Origin: an uncultured Gammaproteobacteria bacterium
Lineage (GTDB): Bacteria > Patescibacteriota > Patescibacteriia > Magasanikbacterales > UBA922
Assembly: GCA_964597575.1 (NCBI GenBank)
Contig: CAZQXB010000001.1
Coordinates: 274,111-338,110, forward strand
DNA length: 64,000 bases
Direction: 5' to 3'
The notes below the pieces were generated by a model. The model was not told the DNA's origin and did not search any database. It saw only the letters and a program-made list of their open reading frames with translations. How positions within the stretch are numbered: the stretch's first letter is position 1; each line of letters begins with the position of its first letter. This document shows positions 50,145-58,266 of the stretch, piece by piece. Position numbers and translations under genes: made by a program.

Positions 50145-50692
50145 GTCTCATTCCCCAAATCGAAGCCATTTTATTTGTGGCGGGCGGTCCGGTCAGTGTT
50201 AAGGCCCTCGCAAAAGCACTCGGGAAGCAAGAACCGGATATTGCCGAAGCACTTGATAACGCTGCCAAAAAACACGAGACCACCGATTCCGGACTCGCAA
50301 TTTTGAGAACCGAGGACGGTGCACAGATGGTATCCCGGGCTTCTTTTGTGGAAATTGTTGATCAGTTTTCTCGTGATGAGGTTGCTGGTGAGTTAACGAA
50401 GGCGCAGCTTGAAACCCTCACGGTTATTGCGTATCGCGGGCCAATTACTCGCCCTGAACTTGAAGAGGTGCGTGGAGTAAACTGTGCTCTTATTTTGCGG
50501 AATTTGCTCATGCGTGGGCTTATTGAAGAAGGGGAAGATCCCGCGAAACTCGGTCGCGTGTACAGTATTTCAGCCGAAGCACTCCGTCATTTGGGAATTG
50601 TCAGCGTTCAAGATTTACCAGAATACGAAACGCTTCATGCTCATCCGCATATTGAACGCGTTCTTACTCAAGATACTTCCGATCCGTCATAG
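50141..50692 (+). CDS. scpB: Segregation and condensation protein B
   Basis: IEAILF, LETLTVIAYRGPITR.ELEEVRGV. Confidence 0.96.
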   Translation: MSLIPQIEAILFVAGGPVSVKALAKALGKQEPDIAEALDNAAKKHETTDSGLAILRTEDGAQMVSRASFVEIVDQFSRDEVAGELTKAQLETLTVIAYRGPITRPELEEVRGVNCALILRNLLMRGLIEEGEDPAKLGRVYSISAEALRHLGIVSVQDLPEYETLHAHPHIERVLTQDTSDPS

Positions 50693-50695
50693 CTT

Positions 50696-51727
50696 ATGAA
50701 TACTCCGGCCCTGGAGGGCAGAGTGCAGAAAAGAAAAAAAGGAGTTGTTGGAGCAAGCCTCCTTTTTTTGGCTATACTTGCCCTTGGTCTTGGATTCTTT
50801 TTTGGTCTTGATGTGGTAAAAGCGCCTACAAAAACAGTAAACAAAGCGCCTCAGATTGATTTTTCTTTATCTGATGTTGCATCTCTTGCTGCGGCGCTTT
50901 TTGCTGAACGCAGTACGCCGGCAGTTGTGGTTGAGCCAGCAGTTCTTCCGCCACTTCGGGTAAGTGAAGGGGACTTGCCGACAACCAGTGCTCACGCCTT
51001 TCTCGTGCGTGATGTTTCTTCGGGCGCGTTCCTTCTGAATGGTGATGCCTATACACCATTTGCGATTGCAAGCATTACAAAGCTTATGAGTGCGCTCGTC
51101 CTTCTTGATACCAAAATTGATTGGGAGGCTACAGCCATTGTACCCGCAGATGAAGTGTCAGATAGCCATGTGCTTTCGGGGGAAGTGCAAACAAAAGCAT
51201 GGCTTTGGCAGGCAGGCCTAGTTGGATCATCAAATAAAGCCATTCTTGCGCTGGTTGATAGTAGTGGTTTAACGCGCGAAGCCTTTGTGGTTCGCATGAA
51301 CGAAAAGGCCCGTGTGCTCGGAATGTCTCGTGCTGTGTTTACCGATCCAACCGGGCTTGAGGTGGGGAATCAGGCGAGTGTGGCTGATGTTTCGACGTTA
51401 CTCGATGCTGCCATGAAACAAGGAGAAATTCGCTCAGCCCTTATGACCCCGTCGTACGATATTGTTCGGGGTGGAAAAAAAGTGTCAACGGTTTGGAGTA
51501 CGAACTGGCTTATGCTTGGCTGGGTGCCGCATACATTTGCAAGTGTGATTGGTGGAAAAACAGGATACATTCCAGAATCTGGATATAACGTATCGCTTCG
51601 TATTAAAAATGAAGATGATCGTGAAATTGATGTGGTGGTGCTTGGATCAAGCTCGACCGAATCACGATTTACTGATGCGAAAAGTTTGGCCGAGTGGGTT
51701 TTTGCACATTACGAGTGGAAGGAATAG
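50696..51727 (+). CDS. D-alanyl-D-alanine carboxypeptidase/endopeptidase (peptidase S11)
   Basis: IASITKLM (SxxK), SSN (SxN), DPTGL, GKTGY; N-terminal TM. Confidence 0.92.
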   Translation: MNTPALEGRVQKRKKGVVGASLLFLAILALGLGFFFGLDVVKAPTKTVNKAPQIDFSLSDVASLAAALFAERSTPAVVVEPAVLPPLRVSEGDLPTTSAHAFLVRDVSSGAFLLNGDAYTPFAIASITKLMSALVLLDTKIDWEATAIVPADEVSDSHVLSGEVQTKAWLWQAGLVGSSNKAILALVDSSGLTREAFVVRMNEKARVLGMSRAVFTDPTGLEVGNQASVADVSTLLDAAMKQGEIRSALMTPSYDIVRGGKKVSTVWSTNWLMLGWVPHTFASVIGGKTGYIPESGYNVSLRIKNEDDREIDVVVLGSSSTESRFTDAKSLAEWVFAHYEWKE

Positions 51728-51736
51728 GAGATATAA

Positions 51737-51770
51737 AACAAAAACAGCCAATTGATGCGGCTGTTTTTGT
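51737..51770. terminator. Bidirectional terminator
   Basis: ACAAAAACAGCC/GGCTGTTTTTGT. Confidence 0.8.
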
Positions 51771-51853
51771 AAACTCTCTTTGAAAACAAACTCATGTTTA
51801 TTTTCACAGTGAAATTTTGGGCCAGAGCATTCGCGAAGGAATGTCTGGCCCGA
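51771..51853. repeat. 83-bp direct repeat, copy A (3' UTR of lipoprotein gene)
   Basis: Matches 54399-54481 at 81/83 by manual alignment. Confidence 0.92.
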
Positions 51854-51884
51854 TACCTACTGCAGGATTGCGAGTAGGGTGTGG

Positions 51885-53051
51885 CTACGGAGCCACGACG
51901 TTCAGGTAGCGGATGATCTGTCCCTCCATCCCGATTTCACTCGGTTGAAGCGGCTGACCGTTGCTCCAGAATCTGGTCCCTGTGAGCTGCGCAGCGTAGA
52001 TGGTGTCGGTGTGCCCTTGTCCCGGCTCGAGCCGGGCGATGTCCACCACGACGGTGAGCTGAATGGTTTCACCTCTCTCGACGGTCTGTACCTGTCCTTC
52101 TTTCGCGAGGGACATGATGCCATCCTGGTCGCTTCTCAGCATGCCGGTCCGCCGAACAAGCGGCGTCCTTTCAGACGTGAGCCCTTCGAGACCTCCGACA
52201 TGGAAACGACCATTCGTGATCACCGGATTGTCGCCCTGCCAGAGCGTCATGTTGCCGTTGCCGATCTGCCAGATGAAGTACTCGATGCCGCCGAACTGCA
52301 GCAGATCGCAGGCGGTGATGTTGAGCACCGCTACGAGCTCGTTCGTGACGCCCGTCGGTCCGAAGTAGTCGGGGAAACCCTGGTCTTGCGTGATCCAGAC
52401 TTTCCGGCCCGTCACCGAGCACGGATCGCTCGCCGGACGAACCACACGATATGTGTCGTGCGTGGCGTCGTTCCGGATGAGCCGCGCTGCCTTCCCATCC
52501 TCCGTGCGGGTTGCGCGGAGCATGTCTCTCATGAGCCGGACCGAGTAGATACCATCCTCCTCGGCCGTTATGGGAATCCGACCGTACAGGGTGAGTCGGA
52601 GCGTGCGCCTTTCGGGCACGTTCGTTACATCCTGCGCGAGAGGTACCGAGATGATCCCGCCGATCATCTCGAAGAGCTTCTCGTAGCTTCCGTCGTGCTC
52701 CACCTTGCGGAACACTTCGGTCATGTGCGGGATCTCGAGGAAGATCGGGCTGACGTCGACCGTATTGCAGGCCGTGATCTCGAGGGTGATGAGGCGGGCC
52801 TCCCACCCGCGGTTGTACGTCCGCAGATCGTCGGTGGTGACCACGTTGATGTCGTAGTCGCCGTCCGGACACTTCTGGTCGAGTCGCTCCTCGAGCGTGA
52901 GCTCGGGATCCTCCCCCGACGGCTCCCCCTGGGGGAACGTGACGTCCGGCAGATGGATGTTGACGGTCGGCGCCGGGGCCATGGGCTCCTCACCGCACGC
53001 GGCGATGATGCTGGCGAGCGCGATGCTCGCCAGCAGGTTGAACTTCTTCAT
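51885..53051 (-). CDS. GC-rich orphan lipoprotein, 388 aa
   Basis: MKKFNLLASIALASIIAAC lipobox; SD GGGAGG; G/C-ending codons. Confidence 0.8.
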   Translation of the reverse strand: MKKFNLLASIALASIIAACGEEPMAPAPTVNIHLPDVTFPQGEPSGEDPELTLEERLDQKCPDGDYDINVVTTDDLRTYNRGWEARLITLEITACNTVDVSPIFLEIPHMTEVFRKVEHDGSYEKLFEMIGGIISVPLAQDVTNVPERRTLRLTLYGRIPITAEEDGIYSVRLMRDMLRATRTEDGKAARLIRNDATHDTYRVVRPASDPCSVTGRKVWITQDQGFPDYFGPTGVTNELVAVLNITACDLLQFGGIEYFIWQIGNGNMTLWQGDNPVITNGRFHVGGLEGLTSERTPLVRRTGMLRSDQDGIMSLAKEGQVQTVERGETIQLTVVVDIARLEPGQGHTDTIYAAQLTGTRFWSNGQPLQPSEIGMEGQIIRYLNVVAP

Positions 53052-53053
53052 GG

Positions 53054-53190
53054 TAACTTCCTCCCTGGAAGTATGGTGAGAATGGACGCGTGATTGCGCC
53101 AGTCTATATTTGGGTTTTTGATTCCCCTTCGAGAGAAGATACATCAGTGTCCCATATAGGGCCACGACGTACCCTCCTTCGAAGGAGAAT
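53054..53190 (-). promoter_or_regulatory. Structured 5' UTR motif, copy 1
   Basis: Long hairpin 53121-53190, TGGCGC hairpin and SD-occluding ACTTCC/GGAAGT; homologous to 55131-55270. Confidence 0.75.
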
Positions 53191-53246
53191 ATTGTAAAGA
53201 AATTGTTGTTCACTTGTAGAGACAGATCTCTATTTATGAACAAGAG

Positions 53247-53315
53247 AGTATATCATAAAATGGTGGTTTTGTCAAGAGGTAAAAGGTTATATTTCTCTTA
53301 TTTTAGGTAAATTAT
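53247..53315 (-). promoter_or_regulatory. Repeated promoter module, copy 1
   Basis: TTGACA-17-TATACT; 53264-53315 matches 54271-54322 at 51/52. Confidence 0.85.
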
Positions 53316-53438
53316 GACGTCTATGTTTGCCTTTAAAAAGTAAAACTTCCTCGTGTCGACCCGATGGGACAGGAGGAAGTAGGTGGGCGTAGTGCCCGGT
53401 AGGTAGGACCCCACATCACTCCGGAGAGTGGAAAGAGG

Positions 53439-54191
53439 TTATGACTTGGTTCCAGAGAGAGTATCGAAGAATTTGCCTAGGCCCAAGTAGACCCGGTACT
53501 TCTTCTTATCCGGCTCCCTCGGACCGTAGAACAGACCCTCGTCGTTGAGGTACGGCTCTCCGTACATTACTCCCATGACCGGTCTGTAGTATGGGCGCCA
53601 ACACTCGGGATCGCGCTCGCCTGCTTGTTGGGCGAAGAAGAAGATCCGGTTCGGCATCTTGCGCGTCCAATGGACTATCCCGTACGAGTCCTTCAGGTCA
53701 GGACGCTCTTGTTCCGGTCTCACTTCGAAACTCATCGAGGTGGAGGCTTCGAAGAGCTCTCGGAAGTCCGCGTGGGATGAGTTGAACGGGACATCCATTC
53801 CGGGGTTCAAAAGCCCCTCGGTGAACAGTCCTTGGTCCATTCGGAAACCGTGCATCCCACCTTCATCTTCTGGGACGTACCAGTTCCTTCTCATCGTGAG
53901 CTTAAGTTCTTTCGTGTGAAAGGCCTTTTGAGAGGCCTCGAGAAAGCTACCGCATTGAGCGCGGAACTCGTCGGGGGAGATCGGGATCGTGAACACCCCC
54001 ATCCTCTTTTTTCTTTCGAGGATGGCGAAGAAGTGGCTAGGTGAATCGCTGGTCAAATGTCCAGCATCCTCCTCGCTCTTCTCGGTCATCTCCCATCCCC
54101 AGAGCCTCTGCCTTTTCTTCGCCACCACGACCTGCGCGACCCGCTCTTCCTTAGAGAAGAAGTTCTTTGCGTCTTCATTGTTATTGGCCAT
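53439..54191 (-). CDS. GC-rich orphan protein, 250 aa
   Basis: SD AAGGAG/AGGGA; own promoter and terminator (53345-53381). Confidence 0.7.
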   Translation of the reverse strand: MANNNEDAKNFFSKEERVAQVVVAKKRQRLWGWEMTEKSEEDAGHLTSDSPSHFFAILERKKRMGVFTIPISPDEFRAQCGSFLEASQKAFHTKELKLTMRRNWYVPEDEGGMHGFRMDQGLFTEGLLNPGMDVPFNSSHADFRELFEASTSMSFEVRPEQERPDLKDSYGIVHWTRKMPNRIFFFAQQAGERDPECWRPYYRPVMGVMYGEPYLNDEGLFYGPREPDKKKYRVYLGLGKFFDTLSGTKS

Positions 54192-54253
54192 CTGATCTTC
54201 CCTCTCCTTTTTGGGGTTGTTATGCTACCTTTGCTTTAAAAAGGTAACAAAAA

Positions 54254-54322
54254 ATTATACTCCTTTTTTTTGGTTTTGTCAAGAGGTAAAAGGTTATATT
54301 TCTCTTATTTTAGATAAATTAT
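54254..54322 (-). promoter_or_regulatory. Repeated promoter module, copy 2
   Basis: Perfect TTGACA-17-TATAAT plus shared upstream block. Confidence 0.85.
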
Positions 54323-54398
54323 ATGATTCATACGGGTCATAAAAATGAGAGCAAACAAAAACCACCAACCGGTGAAAAGGTTGGTGGTTAATATGAGC

Positions 54399-54481
54399 AA
54401 ACTCTCTTTGAAAACAAACTCATGTTTATTTTCACAGTGAAATTTGGGGCCAGAGCATTCGCGAACGAATGTCTGGCCCGA
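54399..54481. repeat. 83-bp direct repeat, copy B
   Basis: Matches 51771-51853 at 81/83. Confidence 0.92.
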
Positions 54482-54534
54482 ACCTGCCGGGGGAGTCTCG
54501 GTAGACTCTACCTAGGTAGGCGGGCAGGGTGCCC

Positions 54535-55128
54535 TTACTGATTCGACATGATGGTGTAGCTTCTCGTCGTGTTGCTGAACTCGACGATCGCCGGAGACCC
54601 ATCTGCGCGGAGCGCGTCGAATTCGACGAGCCTGACCTCTCGGGTAACGCCCGGTCGGATCCACGGATTGGTGTCCACGACGAACGTGAGCAGGTGGGGA
54701 CCATCTTCGACGAGAACGTCATCGTCATCTTCGTTGAGCGTCTCGCTCCACGAGATCACGAGGTTGTTCGACCCGTCATCGACGCGCTCGACGTCGCCGA
54801 GGTTCCTTCCATCGAAGGAGACCGCGACGATGTTCGAGATCGAGTCGTTGAAGAGGGTGCCGAGGAGAACCTCGGTGTACTCCACCGAAACGTCCTTGGA
54901 AGCCGGGTTCCACCGGAGCTCGAGGGTGACGGCGAAGGGTTCACCTGCCTCGACTTCGAGCCCATCGTTGATGGGGAACATGGTCACCGCCATGTCCGGG
55001 TCCGGTTGCGGTTCGCCCAGGTTCTTGATGTCGACCTCGCGGTAATCGAGGGGCGACAGATCCGTCCTCCCACATGCCGTGGAGAAGAGCGTGGGGAGCA
55101 AAGCGTAGCAGAGCAGTCGGTTGAACAT
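54535..55128 (-). CDS. GC-rich orphan lipoprotein, 197 aa, acidic beta-rich
   Basis: MFNRLLCYALLPTLFSTAC lipobox; SD AAGGAGG. Confidence 0.8.
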   Translation of the reverse strand: MFNRLLCYALLPTLFSTACGRTDLSPLDYREVDIKNLGEPQPDPDMAVTMFPINDGLEVEAGEPFAVTLELRWNPASKDVSVEYTEVLLGTLFNDSISNIVAVSFDGRNLGDVERVDDGSNNLVISWSETLNEDDDDVLVEDGPHLLTFVVDTNPWIRPGVTREVRLVEFDALRADGSPAIVEFSNTTRSYTIMSNQ

Positions 55129-55130
55129 GG

Positions 55131-55270
55131 CAACTTCCTCCTTGGAAGTGTGTTAGAGTGGCGCTCCATGCGCCAATCTCTCTATCAAGGTTTGTATTTA
55201 TTCCCCTTCGAGTAAAGATACATCAGACGCTCCACCTGGGAACGCGACGTACCTGTATTCGAAGAGGAAT
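55131..55270 (-). promoter_or_regulatory. Structured 5' UTR motif, copy 2
   Basis: Long hairpin 55200-55270 with pairing-preserving changes versus copy 1; promoter TTGACA-17-TATACT at 55363-55335. Confidence 0.75.
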
Positions 55271-55588
55271 GTGTCTATATAAAGAGCAAAAATGCTTCAC
55301 AGGTGGCTTTTTAGGCAAACACTGTGAACGGCATAGTATAGCACAAAAACACTGTTTTGTCAATATGTGATTGGAAAAATTTGTCTTATTTTAGCTAAAT
55401 ATGATGTGTATAAGTTTACAAAGTCTGCGTGAAAAATACCCATTGACTTTTTTCAAAGAATATGGTACAAATATATGTCGCTTTTTTGTATAAAAAATTT
55501 GAATAATGCGACATCAGTAACGTCACCAAAACTCAACTTGCATGGTGCAGGAAGAGGGATGGTGCAACAACTGAGGGAGACAAAAGAA

Positions 55589-56080
55589 ATGACGACCGAC
55601 AACTTGCTCAACAGCTTCAAGAGCGCGGGCATCGCGTTCGCGTATTCGGGATCTGCGATGTATCCGCAGATCCCCTCGGTCAAGGACGTGCTCTATGTCC
55701 TCAGGATCGAGGAGAAGCCGGACGTGTACCAGAGTGCCCTCGGGAACCACTACGACTATGTGAGCAACGTCGCTCTGGTCGTGTCCGCGGTCGCGTTCAA
55801 CGTGCTCGACGACATGCTCGATACGATGACGCGGGAGATGGTCGTGGCGCTCGCGATCATCGATCTGTGCCCGGACGAGGCCAGGTGTCTCTCCAATCCG
55901 CGGTACGCCGACGTGTTCCGGATCGTGAACCAGGATCCGTCGCTCGAGCCCGCGCTCGCGCCGGATGCGACGAGGGAGATACTCCAGGGGTTCTGCACCT
56001 GCCCCGCACACGGGAAGGCGGGTGCGGCGCAGGGCGGCGGCAGCGTCGCGGACCAGCACCGCGGCTGGAGCGCGAGCTGA
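55589..56080 (+). CDS. GC-rich orphan protein, 163 aa
   Basis: SD GAGGGAG; sharp GC rise at ATG 55589; CTCPAH near the C-terminus; terminator 56106-56156. Confidence 0.7.
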   Translation: MTTDNLLNSFKSAGIAFAYSGSAMYPQIPSVKDVLYVLRIEEKPDVYQSALGNHYDYVSNVALVVSAVAFNVLDDMLDTMTREMVVALAIIDLCPDEARCLSNPRYADVFRIVNQDPSLEPALAPDATREILQGFCTCPAHGKAGAAQGGGSVADQHRGWSAS

Positions 56081-56358
56081 ACATGGCTCGGCGCTGAGTA
56101 TACATGTCCGGCAGGAAAATCGAACTTCGGTTCGACGAGTACTGCCGGGCTTTTTTAATTTGTTTTTTTGTTGGGAGGGGGATCTCACTCGTCGCTCATT
56201 TCATTCGCTCCTCTTGGGAAAGGGCTTCCGCCCCTTCCCAACCATCCCCCAGCAAAAGTGAAAACCTACCGGTTTTCAAGCTTTCCCCAGTTCGACCCAC
56301 CTCCTGCCCTGTCAAACAAATTATAAAACCAACCTGGTTAGGTCGGTTTTATTATTTG

Positions 56359-56442
56359 TGGGCGAGGAGGGGGTCGAACCCTCAAGACCTTGCGATCGCG
56401 GGATTTTGAGTCCCGTGCGTCTGCCAGTTCCGCCACTCGCCC
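56359..56442 (-). tRNA. tRNA-Leu(CAA)
   Basis: Anticodon arm CGGGA-CTCAAAA-TCCCG; long variable arm GATC-GCAA-GGTC. Confidence 0.95.
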
Positions 56443-56526
56443 GTATTTGTACGAGCATAATACTCATTTTTGTCTTTTTTGTCAATTTTCGGTATACTTG
56501 TCTGAACAGTTCGGCTTCCTTGTTTT

Positions 56527-57327
56527 ATGACCAAAATTATTGCTGTCGTTAATCAAAAAGGTGGAGTGGGAAAAACCACGACCGCCATGAATTTGGCTGC
56601 GGCACTCGCTGAGGAAGGAAAGTTTGTGCTCCTTGTTGATATGGATCCCCAAGGGAATGCTTCAAGTGGGCTCGGGGTAAATAAAAGCACGACCGAACAC
56701 GGGGTATACGAGGCACTTGCAAAACAAAAGCGGCTACATGATGTCGTACAGAATACTGGCCATGAGGGTCTGCGCGTTGCCCCTGCCACGTCAAATCTCG
56801 CTGGAGCGAATGTTGAATTAATCGACGTAGAACGCCGTGAATTTCAGCTGTCAGACCTTCTCGAAGAGGTGCGTCATGCGTACGATTACATTGTTATCGA
56901 TTGCCCACCCTCGCTTGGTCTCCTTACCATTAATAGTTTGGTTGCCGCGGACGAGCTTCTTATCCCGGTTCAAGCCGAATACTATGCGCTTGAGGGGTTA
57001 GGTCAACTTTTGGAAACCATCGGGCTTATTAAAGAACATATTAAAGCTGATTTGAAGGTGCTTGGTGCGGTCATTACCATGTTTGATAAACGGAACAAGC
57101 TGTCGACCGACATCATGAATGAATTATACAAATATTTTCCCAACAATATTTTCCAAAGTGTTATTCCTCGCACGGTCCGTTTGGCCGAGGCGCCAAGCTT
57201 TGGAAAATCGATTTTTCATTACGAACCAGGAGGTAAGGGGGCGAAAGCGTACGAACGCTTAGTCAAAGAAATTCTTTTACGCCATGATGAAGAACTGGCC
57301 TTGGCCGCTTCTCAGGCACAATCATAA
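56527..57327 (+). CDS. parA: Chromosome partitioning ATPase ParA/Soj
   Basis: NQKGGVGKTT, DMDPQGN, IDCPPSLG, RLAEAPSFG. Confidence 0.97.
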   Translation: MTKIIAVVNQKGGVGKTTTAMNLAAALAEEGKFVLLVDMDPQGNASSGLGVNKSTTEHGVYEALAKQKRLHDVVQNTGHEGLRVAPATSNLAGANVELIDVERREFQLSDLLEEVRHAYDYIVIDCPPSLGLLTINSLVAADELLIPVQAEYYALEGLGQLLETIGLIKEHIKADLKVLGAVITMFDKRNKLSTDIMNELYKYFPNNIFQSVIPRTVRLAEAPSFGKSIFHYEPGGKGAKAYERLVKEILLRHDEELALAASQAQS

Positions 57328-57333
57328 TTTTCT

Positions 57334-58248
57334 ATGGCTTTGGGCAAAGGCTTACAATCACTTATTGGCGCACCAGGGAAATCTTCCACATCCACATCCA
57401 CTTCCACGATGAATCCTCTTTCTGCTTCTTCAAAAAAAACAGAATCTGGAGTATCAGAAAAGAAAGAGCATCGAGGGAATGAAGTGTGGCAAATTCCGCT
57501 TGGTGAAATCGTTCCGAATCGCGAACAACCACGCAAACACTTTGCGAGAGAAGACCTTGATAATTTAGTTGCTTCCATTAAAGAGCATGGGCTACTGCAG
57601 CCGATTACGGTTTCAGAAAAAGCCGGTGGCGGGTATGAGCTTATTGCAGGTGAACGCCGGTTTCGCGCTTCGCAAATTGTTGGTCTTCCTACCATTCCAG
57701 CACTCGTTCGAAAAACAAAAGATGATGCTGAGCGACTAGAGTTAGCACTTATTGAAAATATTCAACGACAGGATTTAAACCCAGTTGAAGAAGCGTTTGC
57801 ATACGACCGGTTGATTCATGAATTTGGTTTGACGCAAGAGGAAGTGTCTAAAAAGGTGGGCAAGAGCCGCTCTGCTGTTGCAAACGCAGTGCGCTTACTT
57901 GATTTACCAGAAGACATGCAAAAGGCGCTCATGGAGGGAACACTTTCAGCCGGAAAGGCGCGCGCGATTTTGAGTTTAAGTAGCGCCGAAGCCCAGCGAG
58001 AAATGTTTCAGAGTATGATGGGGGAAAGCATGACCGTGCGTGAAGCTGAGGCGCGTGTGGCAGCAAAAGGGAGTGAATCGCGCAAAGGATCGGTCCGACG
58101 TGATCCGAATGTCGTCGCTCAGGAAAAACTGATTGAAGAGCGATTAGGAACAAAGGTGCACATTACCAAAAAAGGGGAGAAGGGAACGATTGTGATTGAC
58201 TACTACTCTTTGGAGGAATTGAATCGGCTTCTAAGTGAATTAACCTAA
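57334..58248 (+). CDS. parB: Chromosome partitioning protein ParB/Spo0J
   Basis: LGKGLQSL, QPRKHF, IAGERRFRA, ENIQRQDLNPVEEA, HTH. Confidence 0.97.
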   Translation: MALGKGLQSLIGAPGKSSTSTSTSTMNPLSASSKKTESGVSEKKEHRGNEVWQIPLGEIVPNREQPRKHFAREDLDNLVASIKEHGLLQPITVSEKAGGGYELIAGERRFRASQIVGLPTIPALVRKTKDDAERLELALIENIQRQDLNPVEEAFAYDRLIHEFGLTQEEVSKKVGKSRSAVANAVRLLDLPEDMQKALMEGTLSAGKARAILSLSSAEAQREMFQSMMGESMTVREAEARVAAKGSESRKGSVRRDPNVVAQEKLIEERLGTKVHITKKGEKGTIVIDYYSLEELNRLLSELT

Positions 58249-58266
58249 TTTTTTAAAGGAGGGGGT

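Noticed and set aside
51879-53093. Long plus-strand ORF (404 aa) and similar antisense ORFs at 54529-55215 and 55523-56188
   Set aside because: Shadow frames of GC-rich genes; the opposite strand has the SD, lipobox, promoter and terminator
51771-56442. Prophage, integron, CRISPR array or diversity-generating retroelement
   Set aside because: No integrase, transposase, cas, reverse transcriptase, attC core sites or regularly spaced repeats seen
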